Assembly (NCBI GenBank): GCA_951406725.2
Contig: OX597834.1
Span: 33,604,001 to 33,668,000, forward strand
Length of the DNA stretch: 64,000 nucleotides
Source: Octopus vulgaris
Lineage: Eukaryota
Direction: 5' to 3'
Part shown: in pieces, positions 41,608-55,153 of the stretch
Position numbering within the stretch: position 1 is the stretch's first letter
Layout of the letters: each line of letters opens with the position of its first letter
The notes under the pieces: generated by a model
The model's input: only the letters and a program-made list of their open reading frames with translations
Database searches by the model: none
What the model was told of the DNA's origin: nothing
Translations under genes and position numbers: made by a program

Positions 41608-42268
41608 GTATATATATATATATGTATATATGTATATACATATACACACACACATATAGATAGATAGGTATAGCAAAAAAAGAGGAGTGAGAGAGTAAGC
41701 GAGCAAAAGTGCTTTATACACGCGCGTGCGCACACATATATATCACTTTTCTGCGACGATGGCTTAACTGGCCTGTCACCAACATTCTTGTATAAGGATA
41801 ATAAATTTGTAATCTACAACGGTATAGAGTAACCTATCAGATTAATGTAAATTGTTTTTATCATAAATGAACATAAAAACAAACATTGATATATATAATA
41901 CAAGATAATATGTAAGATATATATCGCATCTCATTTGTCATGATCAACAACGTCAACATTAAATTCGTTAGCGTAAACCACAGACTCGTTATCGCCGGTT
42001 TCGATTACGTTGTCGTCCATCTTGATTTCGCCAAGTCAATTTTATTCCCTCATCGTCCGCTTAAATATAGTTGCTGTAGGATGTACGGAATATATATATT
42101 TTTTGTTATGTTTTGACGAACAGACCTGGACATCAGTGATTAATTGTCGCAGAATTGCAAAAAATATCTAAGCTTTGTAAAGTTTTGTAAAGGATTAGAA
42201 AGATATGCAAAATAAAAATTGTCACATTTTACAATACCGAAAATATACACACATTTAGTACATTAGTT

Positions 42269-42318
<50 letters not shown>

Positions 42319-42624
42319 AACTAATAATAATATTAGGGAGTATAACTCCAAACTTATTATATATTGATTATTCATATATATATATATATATATATATTCT
42401 TTTATTTGTTTATTTGTTTCAGTCAGTTTCACTGGGGCCATGCTGGAGCACTGCCTTTAGTCGAACAAATCGACCCCATGACTTATTCTTTGTAAGCCTA
42501 GTACTTATTCTATCGATCTCTTTTTGCCGAACTGCTAAGTTACGGGGGCATAAACACACCAACGTCTTAAATTGAGGCACCGAGCCAGTTCGGTACAGTC
42601 TGCAGAGCTCCAAGGTAGGTGAAC

Positions 42625-43440
42625 AGAATGTAAATAAGGAACAAGGATGTCCAGATATCAATACATTACGGCCGTTTCAAGCAGCTCCATTTAATCGATC
42701 AATGAAAACATTACATCAATTTGAAAGAAGCTACTCTCCTCCAAGTATAGATTCCCAACATAATCGATAAATCATTTTTACAAATTTATATCAATATCAG
42801 AAACCAAAATAATTACATTGTTTCCTTATGTTATATTTGTGGTAGAATGAGTTTAGAAAAAAAAATGCATATCTTATTAAGCCTACTATAATTTAGAGAG
42901 TAGCAGGGGAAAATAGTGGGGGTCGAGATATGGGAGTGGTGAGATAGTCATTTATATATAAAAGGTTTCATGCAGCATGTAGTCTATAGGCATTTAGGAT
43001 TAAATCCGTTGGGAGTTGTCAACTTTGATTTATCACTATCAACTAGAAACATACCTGATTTAATTCTCAATGGATTTAATTCTAAATGGTTGTAGACTAC
43101 ATGCTGCATAAAACCTTCTAAATATAAATGACTCTCATATCTCGACTCCCACTATTTTCCTCTGCTACTTTCTAAATTATAGTAGGCTTAATAAGATGTG
43201 CATTTTCCCCCTAAACTCATTCTGCCATAAATACATTAATTATTTTGATTTCTGATACTGATATAAATTTGTTAAAAATGGTTTATCGTTTATGTTGTGA
43301 ATCTATATGGTCATCTACGCTTGGAGGAGAGCAGTTTCTTTCAAATTGATGTAATGTTTTCATTGATCGATTAAATGGAGCTGCTTGAAACGGTCGTAAT
43401 GTATTGATACCTGGACATCCTTGTTACTTATTTACATTCT
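42625..43440. mobile_element. Fold-back element 3 (arms ~390 bp) with a degenerate hammerhead-like motif
   Basis: 42625-43017 is the reverse complement of 43062-43440. GAAACGG(C/T)CGTA at 43387 (+) and 42667 (-), preceded by the stem gagcagtttc...ggagctgctt. The 5' core reads CTTGGAGGA, which is non-canonical. Confidence 0.7.
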
Positions 43441-45686
43441 CTCTCTCTTTATATATATATATATGCGTGTGCGTGTGATTGTGTGTGCGTATGTGTGTGT
43501 GCGTGTGTATGGGGTGGTGCCCTAGCATGGCCGCAGTCTAATGACTGAAACAAGTAAAAGATAAAAGATTTACGCGTGTGTTGCTTAAATTTGAACTTCC
43601 TTTGTGAGGGTCGATCTTGTTTTATTTGCGTGCACAAGTGAAACTAATCATTCAGTCGTATTAAGTTCGTTGTTGCGTTCTAGCGTGGGTTTTTATGTAC
43701 TGCATCGTATCGCTTACCCAGTATTTTAAAAAAATTTATTAAAGTGCAATAGTTTTTCTCTCTCTTTTGTTTTTTATTTTTCTTCTCAATAAATAATTCA
43801 ATACTCTTGTTATCTCTGCATATCACGTAAAGCAGAAAACAATATCAAAAGATTTGAAACTGAAGATTATGAAAAAACTTGCAGGAGGATGAAAGAAAAG
43901 TTTTGTTGTGGAATTGTACCGACATCTTAAAAAAAAAAGTTTAACTATTCAGTCTGGCAAATAATAACTTCCATATAAATTTCAAGTGAGCGAAAGCTTC
44001 TCGACAAAGGCGTAGATGCAGAAAAATCATGAGAAACATGTTAACTGTTGACATGAGTGGTTCTGAAGCATATTTTTTCCTTTGGACCTATTTGATTTCT
44101 ATTTTATTCTGGTGCACCCCCACCCCCGCCGAAAGCCATTTTATAATTAAATATTTTTTTTTCCTTTTTACTTGTTTCAGTCATTAGACTGCGGCCATAC
44201 TGGGGCACCGCATTGAAGAATGAATTTTTAGTCGAATGAATCGACCCCAGTACTTCTTTTTTTAAAACCTGGTACTTATTCTATCGATCTCTTTTGCCGA
44301 ACCGCTAGGTTACGAGGACGTAAACACACCAACGCCGGTTGTCAAGTGGTGGTCACACACACACACACACACACACATAGGTATATACGATGGGCTTTTT
44401 TCAGCTTCTTTCTACCAAGTCTATTCAACCGAGGCCATAACAGAAAACACCTGCCCAAAGCGCCATGCAGGGGGACGAACCTGGAACCATGTGGTTGGGA
44501 AGCAAATGTGCATATACGATGGGCTTTTTTCAGCTTCTGTTTATCAAGTCTATTCACAAGGCTTTGGTCAACAGAGGCCATAGCAGAAAATACTTGCCCA
44601 AAGCGCCATGCAGTGGGACGGAACCCAGAACCAGGTGGTTGGGAAGTAAATGTCATACTACGCAGCCTATATTATTAGGAACCCTATATAGAAAAAAAAT
44701 GTAAATATGTTGTGTATTGTAGAAGTATATGAGCAATTTATGGCACAACCATTTTAACAATAAAATCGTAGATGGGCCTCAATTGAGTTTAGGTAGATAT
44801 GTTACTCAGCCAGTTGTCACTTATCCAGGTTATTATCGCAGCGAAGGGCATTAAATTTGTCAGTTATTTCGTTGGTTGAAACAAGAAGCAGAGAAAGTCA
44901 CACGAAGGTTTGTTGTTTTACGTGGATGATTTGGAAAATACAAGACGTTTAGCGATAGAATTTGGATAAGCAGAGGAAACGGCAGAACATGGAGACAGCT
45001 TCGGAATGTTCAGTTCAATTGAAGCGTTTTATAAGAAAGAGGCAGACGTCCACCAAATCTAGTTTTTAGTGTACGAGGCTGCTATTTAATGTTGGCTATT
45101 TTTGAAACGTTAGTCCTGTAAACCTTTTATTTCAAAGGAGGAAAGCACGCACACACACACGTTCGCACACACACACACACACACACACACGCTCGCACAC
45201 ACACACACACATATACACACACATACCCACTGACACACATAAATACACACACGCACACATATACAAACACATATACACACATACATGCACACACGCACGC
45301 ACACACACACATACACGCGCACACACACACGTTCACACGCTCATATACACACACATACATTCACACACGCACGCACTCACACACATATACACGTACGCAC
45401 ACACACACATATATACACACACATACCCACTCACACACATAAATACACACGCACGTACACACACGCACACACCCATACACACACATAAATACACATACAC
45501 ACACACAAGAACTCCAGAGTATAAAGTAGCAAAAGATCGTCTCGCATTATTATGAGGAGCAAATGTCAGCGAAAGCATAAAACGAGAGCTTATTGTTTGT
45601 TTATCGTTTTGATACTCCAAAATGTAATTAAAGGCGTCTCTGAGCTCAGTCTGTTTAACACATGAAAATCTAACACACACACAGAA

Positions 45687-45748
<62 letters not shown>

Positions 45749-46236
45749 ATGTTTCGGTTTCACAGGTTTTGTTTACTAAATGGTTCGTTAAACCATTCAT
45801 ATCCAGCTATCAAACGTTACTGTGAGAAAAATTACTTGGAGCCCGAAGCCCCTCAGCCTTTCGACGACACTCCTGGTGCCATAATTCAATTCCCCTTCCA
45901 CTCTTTCCGTGTCATTCTTGTCGAAGTTGTTTTCATTCCAGGAACCACAACTTCATTATCGAAGTCAATCAACCATAGAGTTATTACAGTCTTTGAGTCG
46001 CTATGTTACCTTAAGACAGGTATGGGTTATCTTTTCAGAGAAGCGGGCCGTGCAAGACATGGTTCATCATTAGAGGGAGCCGCACTACTAAACAAAATTT
46101 AAGGTAATTTTACACGTGCCATCCAAAAAGTCCCACGGGCCGCAATTTGTCCATGACTGCCGCAGAATAACTACCTTCTCACTTGCTTCAGCAGCTTTGC
46201 TCTTTATGTCACTTATAATACTCACCTTTCTCTCTC

Positions 46237-46287
<51 letters not shown>

Positions 46288-46619
46288 TGTGTACATACTT
46301 CTGGCTTTCATCGGAGTTTTTCTTCACAAACACACACACAAACACAAACGCACTCAAACACACTCACATCCATCTATCCGTCCATCCATCCCATTCGTCC
46401 ATCCATCCATCCACCCGTCCATCCATCCGTCCACCCATCCTTCCATCCATCCACCCGTCCACCCATCCTTCCATCCACTCGTCCATCCATCCATCCATCC
46501 ACCCATTCGTCTACCCGTCCGTCTACCCATCCATCCACCTGTCCATCCATCCGTCCACCTATTTTCCCGTCCATCCATCGATCCAACCTCCATCCATCCA
46601 TCTATCCACCTGTCCATCC

Positions 46620-46900
46620 ACCCTTCTATCTTCGCCTACTATTCCTGGGAGAGTCGTGAGAAAATAACCCCTAGCCACATCCTCCATGGGGTCCTATCAA
46701 AAGCAACCATCATTACTCTTTTTGACTGGATTCCCAAGCGTGGCCAACTCAGACTATAGATATTATCTTGCCATCTCACCCTTGGATTACCCGATTGGCG
46801 CGGCTTGAAGAATCTGTCTTGTAATCCTTTCCTGTGACATTCTAATCCCACATTTGTAATATCGAGAAAAGCTCTTGTTGTGACCTCGTAGTACCGCATG
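46620..46900 (-). mobile_element. RTE-clade LINE ORF2 C-terminal fragment
   Basis: Translation [22 protein letters not shown] resembles the RTE terminal GRPxxRWxD...AxDRxxWR motif. Confidence 0.55.
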
Positions 46901-46947
46901 GAGAGGCTCTTGATCTTTGGGCTACGCGCCCTCTCCAGTAACAGAAA

Positions 46948-47141
46948 CTAGGACAAAATCCCCCTAAGGAACCCCACCTCACGGACAAAATCCCTCAGGA
47001 TATTGTTCTTTCTTTACAATAAAAATATTTTAGGAAGGTGAAATTTTATAAAAATATTTTAAAAATATTTATTAGTTGATATCTTTGTTTAAAATTTGTG
47101 GGGTGGTGTGGATTCTGTTTTCGGGGTGATTTTGTCCTGAT
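46948..47141. mobile_element. Small MITE-like element with ggacaaaatccc repeats
   Basis: aggacaaaatccc occurs twice at the left; gattttgtcct occurs at the right. Confidence 0.5.
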
Positions 47142-48990
47142 ACCCCAGTAACAATACTCCATGGATCTTTTCAGCCGTTTGTATCCACAATCGTACTAAA
47201 AATCTTAAGTGAAAAAAAATCTTAAGTGAAATTGTTTCAGGAAACAATACAATTTTTTAAAAACTGTTGACAAAGTTACGATTAGAACTGCTTAATTTAC
47301 ATATTTTTAGCCTCGCTTTGGGAATAATCTCCGTAATTTTAATCACGGTCTCCTTTCAGTAAACAGAGAGCAAGAACTAATCGACTATCGATTAATTTCG
47401 ACTTTCATTAATGCCATCGTTAATTAACACGTACGGTCAACGTTGCACGGTTATGGGCATATCCTGACCACGTTTACATTATCTGTATGAAGCGATATGC
47501 TAACGATGTTTTCCACCAAATTCTATCGGTTCAATACTAATCAATAGGCCATTCGCTCTCGGTTTTTGGTTGGAGAGAGCTTTGTGATTTAACTTCAATC
47601 GATCTTTTTTCGTAGCGAGACTAGAAATATGCTTATTAAACGCAGCGCAACCTAGTTTTAGCGATCTTTCGAACTTTGTACATATAAGATGGCGGAAAAT
47701 AGTGAAATGAACTGAAACGAACGGAAATATGATATGATTATTATACAAGACGATAATATCATGATGTTTTTGATGAATGGGTGTAGAAACCTTCAGTTTA
47801 TATGGCTGACGTCAGACAGAGCTCCTTTTTTATTCCTTTTCTTATTTCAGTCATTAGACTGCGGCCATGCTGGGGCACCACCTCGAAGAATTTTTAGTCG
47901 AACGAACTAATCTCAGCACTTATTCTTTTGTTAAGCCTGGTACTCAGTCTATCGTTCTCTTTTGCCGAACCGATAAGTTACAGGGACATAAACACACCAA
48001 CACCGGTTTTCAAGCAGTGTTGGGCTTCTTTCAGTTTCCATCAACCAAATCCACTCACGAGGCTTTAGTAGAAGACACTTGCCCAAGGTGCCACGCAGTG
48101 GGACTGAACCCGGAACCATGTGGTTTGTAAGCAAGCTACTTACCACACAGCCACTCCTACGCCTATACATGTTTGATTAAGTTACGTGCATTTGCGTATA
48201 TGCGAGCGATATGTGTGCGTGTGTGTATTGTCCGTGGGATATATACAAATGTACGCCACTGTGTGGGTATGCACGAGTGTGTGATTGTGCGTGTGAATGT
48301 GTGAGTGTCTGTTATATGTATGTGTACGTATGTGTGGGTATATGTGTATTGTGTGCAGGTGTACGACTCTGTGTATGTGTCTGTCTGTATGCATGTATAC
48401 GACTCTTTGTGGTGTGTGTGTTTGTGTGTATGCATACGTGTGTGTGTGTGTTCACCTATATATGCATGCTAATATTCACCACTAAATGCAGATCCAATGA
48501 GGTGGAGTTAATTCAAACGGTTTCAATGTCTAAGCGGGAAATGCTCCCAAGCAGACGATACCACGTAACATTATACAGTATTTGGAAACCTTAGATAAAC
48601 AGTAAGAAACAGGTTAGCTACAAGAAATGTTTGAGTTTGCCTTACCGCAGACATCTCAGTTTAACTTAGATTGTTTGCAATACGTCAATGACAGATGTGT
48701 TATCATTATAAGCAAGTTAATAGCTTCAGCTTGGCAAGGGTCGTAGCGCCTCTTTGCTTATCGTATCGCGGAGTTGTAAAGTAGGTAAGTTCGTGGCGAC
48801 CCAAGCGAGCTTATTCACGGTTGGAGCATATTACGGTTAAAGTTCTCTATAGTTCAATTCGGTGTACTTTAGTTTTGAATTCCGTTTATCTTTTAACCTT
48901 CATTAGTTTCAGTTACTGTAGTTTTCCTGTTTGATTATTTGATGTTTTCATTATGTTTCCAATATGATATATATAAATTTCTTTGTAAGT

Positions 48991-49092
48991 TCTTCCCTGA
49001 TGAATATCTAGCTTATTAATGAAATTGATTTAATTAAATTAAATTTGATTAATCTTATACTATAAGCGACGAATTGAAACAATTGTAGGTTT
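48991..49092 (+). ncRNA. Hammerhead-like motif with intact core and long stem II
   Basis: CTGATGA (48997) ... gcttat/ataagc pairing ... GAAAC AATT GTA (49076-49087, palindromic loop 3). Stem I is weak. Followed by AATAAA and a TA-rich tail. Confidence 0.5.
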
Positions 49093-49342
49093 TGTCAATG
49101 TATTAATAAATTTTTATTAATCTTATCTCTACCTTCTCTCTCGGTTTTTATAATATTATATATGTGTGTGCGCCTATATCATAAGGTATTCAACCAATCT
49201 AATCTTGGATATTTCTATCCCTCTGAGAATTATATGTCCTCACTTGTACTTTAATATATATATATATATGTGTGTATGTGTGTGTGTGTATTTATATGTA
49301 TGAATATATATGTATACACACACATATATATGTATGTATATA

Positions 49343-49740
49343 TATATAAGATGGCGGTGGAAATAGCACTGAAGTAAATGTAAGACATTTCAATTTAAGA
49401 GGGAATTAAATCAAAATGATTTTTTAAATGTTAAGAAAACATTACCGATTTCGATGAACCTCACCTTATCAAATATCAATAAAAATTTATAAAAATTTGA
49501 AGTAAAAACAGTTTATTTTCTGTCTAGGGATCAGACATGTTCTTGACCCTCAGACAGAAGATAAATTGTTTTTACTTGAAATTTTTATAAATATTTACTG
49601 ATATTCGATAAGATGAGTTTCATCGAAATCGGTAGTATTTTCTTCATATAATCTTTTAAATAATTTTTATCAAATTCCCTCTTAAATTGAAACGTCTTAG
49701 ATTTACTTCTGTGCTATTTCCACCCCCATCTTTTATATAT
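49343..49740. mobile_element. Fold-back element 4 (arms ~195 bp, almost no loop) with a degenerate hammerhead-like motif
   Basis: Palindrome centred near acatgt (about 49537). On +, the hairpin gatga-gtt-tcatc is followed by GAAATCGGTA (49625-49634), mirrored on -. Flanked by (TA)n. Confidence 0.7.
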
Positions 49741-49968
49741 GAACATTTGATTTGTATAGATCTCTAATATATATATATATATATATTTGTGTGTGTGTGC
49801 GTGTGTGTATGCGTATCTATGTATATATGTATGTATATATGCGTATATATGTATATATGCATAAATACGGTATCATGGTATCGACCAGGCTATTGGTCGC
49901 CATGTTGGAGTGCTGAACTCTACACATTTATTTTTCATTCTCCCCTTGTTTTTTTTTCCCTCTTATTA

Positions 49969-50004
49969 CTTTCTGTTGAAGAGCGTAGGCTCGAAACGTA
50001 AAAG
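49969..50004 (+). ncRNA. Minimal hammerhead-like motif
   Basis: cttt CTGTTGA A gagc gtag gctc GAAAC GTA aaag. Stem I is cttt/aaag, stem II is gagc/gctc. Confidence 0.55.
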
Positions 50005-50805
50005 ACTTCTTGATTTTTCTCAAGCGCCGAAGTAATACACTTGCTTGTTGTTCATACACCTGTTTTCGCCTTTTGTTTTTCTATAAATTTCAACAATTGG
50101 GTGTCATACATCGCTGGTGGACTGGAACAAATTGAAACGAAGCGTTTTGCTTAGGAGCTCCATGCACCGCTCGGTCTGGGAATCGAACGCACAATCTAGC
50201 GATCGTTAGAGCAACATCCTAAACACAGGGCCACATGCCTTCGCATACAGGTACATATATCTCATTAAGTACCAATATCGCTTTTCCTATTCCTCTTGTG
50301 TTCTTTTAATAGCTATGAAAACTACACGCGCGCGTACACACATTCACACACATACCTGTACACACAGCCACACACACACAAACACACACGCAAAACACAC
50401 AAGCACACTTACACACACACACAAACACACACGCACACTTACACACACACACAGCTACACACATTCAACCACACACAAACACACACGCAAAACACACGCA
50501 CACTTACACACACACACACATTCAACCACACACACAAACACACGCGCAAAAACACACAAGCACACTTACACACACACACAGCCACACAGATTCAACCACA
50601 CACACACACACACACGCAAAAACACACACAAGAGTACTTACACTCTCACACACACTCTCTCTCTCACACACACACTATCTTTCTTTCACACACAAAGACA
50701 CACACATAGCTACACATCCAAACATATACAAACATGCACACAAACACACACACATACAGACATACGTGCACTTACACACATACACACACACCGACGATAC
50801 ACAAA

Positions 50806-50880
<75 letters not shown>

Positions 50881-51257
50881 ACAGAGAAAGTTTATTTCTT
50901 CTTGCAGTTTGTCTACATCCACCTTAACACTGCAGGCACATTCCCATTATCAGCTGGCGAATGTAAAATTATCGTGATTTTTGCTTCCGTTCGCCAACGT
51001 CAATTCCTTCTCAAACTGTGCCCAGCAGCCAGAAACTACGTGGAAAAGTCCGGGGGGGTGGGAGTGGGGGTGGAGATATCGGTGAAGGGTGGGGGAGTTC
51101 ACCGAGCATATCTATTTTGATCAGGTTCTGTATGTGTGTGAGTGTATGTAAGTATGTGTGTATGATGCCTCTGTACGTATGTACGTGTGTATGTATATAT
51201 ATATGCACATACGCAAATACATGTATATACATATACTAATACAAACGTATATATGCC

Positions 51258-51315
<58 letters not shown>

Positions 51316-51366
51316 CATATATGTAGATTGTGTGTATGTACCCATACCTATACCTATACCTATACC

Positions 51367-51427
<61 letters not shown>

Positions 51428-51507
51428 AGAGAGAGAGAGAGAGAGATAGGTAGATAGATAGATAGATAGAGAAATAGATAGATAGAGGTATATATACACA
51501 TATACAA

Positions 51508-51545
<38 letters not shown>

Positions 51546-51608
51546 AGATAGATAGATAGATAGACAGACAAATAGGTAGATGCATACATACATGCACACT
51601 TACATTCG

Positions 51609-51660
<52 letters not shown>

Positions 51661-52245
51661 CACATATGCTTGTGTATGTATATATATATCTACACACAGA
51701 CATATGCATATGTACACACACGTATATATACATAGGTAAATACATTACACACACACACACACACACACGCACACACACACAGACCAATGCATATATATAT
51801 ATATATCTAGAAACCTGGGCACTCATACATATATCGACATCGAAAAGACTAATGAAGAAACCAGTTGAAATTGGTGATGCATTGTTGCACTTGAAATGAC
51901 GACTTCCGCAAGATGGCGACGCTGCGTCTGTCATTATTTTTTTTTCCGTTTTGGAAATGTTGCCATGTTGACTCTTTGGAATCCTCGTCGAAGCGTGTTC
52001 TTCCTGCTTTTCCGGTCGATAGATAGATAATGTTCTTTTGTTCCATCTGGATGAGGTAATACTTACTTATATACGTACGTACGTACGTACATACCTACAT
52101 ACATACATACATACATACATACATACATACAAACATGCATACATACATACATGCATACATACAAACATGCATACATACATACATACATACAAACATGCAT
52201 ACACACATATGCATACATGCATGCATAAAATCTTCTGCATTTTGG

Positions 52246-52299
<54 letters not shown>

Positions 52300-52320
52300 C
52301 TATATATAATATAGCAAAAA

Positions 52321-52358
52321 CTGTCCGATGAACGGCAAGGGGAAACTCAGAGTAACAG
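52321..52358 (+). ncRNA. Minimal type I hammerhead ribozyme-like motif (core variant CCGATGA)
   Basis: ctgt CCGATGA acg gcaa ggg GAAAC tcaga GTA acag. Stem I is ctgt/acag, stem III is ACTC/GAGT, cleavage triplet GUA. Confidence 0.6.
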
Positions 52359-52544
52359 GTTTTGTTGAATTTTCTGCTGCTTTAAATAAAGTATATATAT
52401 ACGCACACACACTTATATACATATAAGCAATATACGTACCTACATACATTCGCACGTACATAGATACGTATAGAAATATATATATATGCATATATACATA
52501 CATGTGTACATATATAGTCACAGAAATATATAGTCGTAAGAAAT

Positions 52545-52962
52545 TTTTTTCTCAACCATATGGTTCTAGGTTCAGTCCCACTGCGTGGCGCCTTGGGCAA
52601 GTGCCTTCTTGTATAGCTTCGAGCCGAAGCCTTGTGAGCGGGGTTGGTGGGCGAAAACTGAAAGAAGCCTGTTGTGTGTGTGTGTATATATATGTTTGTG
52701 CGTGTATTGATATGTGTGTGTATGTATGTGTGTGTGTGTGCATGCATGTCTTTGTGTCCGTGTTTGTCCCCAGCCACCGCTTGATAACCAATGTAGGTGT
52801 GTCTACGTCTCCGTTATGTAGCGGTTCGCCAAAGGAGACCAATAGAATAAGTACCAGACTTTACGAAAACAAGTTCTAGGGTCAGTTCTTTCGACTAAAA
52901 CACTTGAAGGCGGTGCCCCAGCATGGCCTCAGTCTAATGACTGAAACAAGTAAAAGATAAAA
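52545..52962 (+). mobile_element. SINE family A copy
   Basis: Same head, internal (TG)n and tail in + orientation. Confidence 0.8.
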
Positions 52963-53030
52963 GATGCGTTCATACGTACACACACACACACACGCACCCC
53001 CATACATACATACATACATACATACATACA

Positions 53031-53064
<34 letters not shown>

Positions 53065-54150
53065 CACACATACATACATACATACATACATACATACATA
53101 CATACATACATACATACATACACACACATACATACATACATACATACATACATACATACATACATACATACATACATACATACATACATGTAAACGAATA
53201 CGACACCCATCAGAAATTAAATGGTTCAAATGGCCCGGACTGGGACGATTATTCCGAGAAAAATCCTTAAAAATTACCAGCTTAGAAGTCGCACTCCATG
53301 CGAACTTTTAAGCTAGCTCTTGCGGAGGGCCAATTGGGGCCCGCGACCCAAAGCTAAAGAGATCTAAATGGCATGACTATAATACATCTATAATGATTAT
53401 ATGCCCCGGTGGTGCTTGATCAGAGGTTAAGGACGGACGATAATTAATTCTGCAATGCATTCATTCTATTGTTCCAGTCCCAAGCCGAATTCCAGCTATT
53501 GGCCAATTTGTCCCAAAGTTCTTATCTCGACGTAAAATTAACGAAGCGAATAACATTTAACTCCCCCTTGATCTCTGACGTCATGTGACAAACGTTAACC
53601 AAGATGGAGTGAATTAACCAAGCTTTTACCTGCTGGAAATAGCAACCTCAATGTTTTTAAATCAGATCCCAATGGTGGATGTTCAAGAACCAAATGAAGG
53701 GCAGATTTTTAATCTCGGGATCATCTTGATTCCAGAAAGTTATAATATGGCTGTGTAGAACGAATGTAGACAGAGAAACAGGGGGTTCCGGACAGACAGA
53801 ATTTTGCGTTTATTATTATAGATGCAGGCCAAAGTAAACGGATAACGAAATGGATACACATTACAACATTTTTATTAACAATTAGAAAAGGGGGAAAATA
53901 TGGAGCATTAGCAAAATCTGTGAGACTGAGAATGCCGGAAAGATCATCTACACGGGCTTTTTTCAGTTTCCGTCTACTAAATCCACTCACAAAGTGCCCC
54001 GCAGTGGGACTGAACCTGAAACCATGTATATATATATATTCCGTAAACCTGCCTTCGTCTTTTGTCTATTTTCATAAAGCTTCCCGTTATATATATATAT
54101 ATATATCTATATATATACTTTTTTTAAAGCAGCAGAAAATTCAACAAAGT

Positions 54151-54188
54151 CTGTTACTCTGAGTTTCTCGTTGCCGTTCATCAAACAG
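54151..54188 (-). ncRNA. Second copy of the same hammerhead-like motif (core variant TTGATGA)
   Basis: ctgt TTGATGA acg gcaa cga GAAAC tcaga GTA acag, followed by the same tail (ttgttgaattttctgctgctttaaa). Confidence 0.6.
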
Positions 54189-54640
54189 TTTTTGAGTACT
54201 CTTTTTTTCCACCTTGTTTCACATTTATGTGTTTACTCCGGTATATATATATATACATATACATACATACATATTGCATAAGCACGTGTACACATGCACA
54301 CATATCCATCCATCTACCCATCCACCCACCCATGCATACCAGCCTCTCCTTTCCATGCCACTGGCGTTGTCCAAGGGAAAGGTAAAGGGGCCGATACAAC
54401 TTGGTACCAGTGACATCGCAAATTCTATAGTTAAAATGACCCGGAGCAACATGAAGTAAAGTGTCTTGCTCAAGAACACAACACGCAGCCCGGTCCGGGA
54501 ATCAAACTCAGTACCCCATGACACTCTAACCACTGAGCCATGTGCCTTCACATACATACATACATACATACATACATACATACATACATACATACACACA
54601 TACATATACACTTAAATACATACTATCACACATACGCGCG

Positions 54641-54680
<40 letters not shown>

Positions 54681-54691
54681 CTTACATACAC

Positions 54692-54722
<31 letters not shown>

Positions 54723-54954
54723 CATACACACACACATATATATATACTTACATACACACATACATACACACATGATGTGCACGTTGTATCGATTCTGGAG
54801 AGACAGAAGTCAAAATCAACGTCAGCGGGATTTGATCTTTGAAACGCCAAGAAAGGTCTGTAATCAAATACTACAAGGCATTTATTGTATATTGGATACG
54901 GTGTTCTGTTGCCTGTGGGTATTCACTGTCGCCTTCTTCTGTTTCATCAGAGGC

Positions 54955-55118
54955 AGAGGTGGAGTTGGAGGAGGAGGAGGAGGAGGAGGAGAAGAAGAAG
55001 AAGAAGAAGAAGAAGAAGAAGGAGGAGGAGGAAGAAGAAGAAGAAGAAGAAGAAGAAGAAGAAGAAGAAGAAGAAGAAGAAGAAGAAGAAAGAGGAGGAG
55101 GAATAAGAAGAAGAGGAA

Positions 55119-55153
<35 letters not shown>

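Noticed and set aside
45749-46102. 117-aa non-repetitive ORF
   Set aside because: No recognisable motif or exon boundaries; cannot be supported without homology data.
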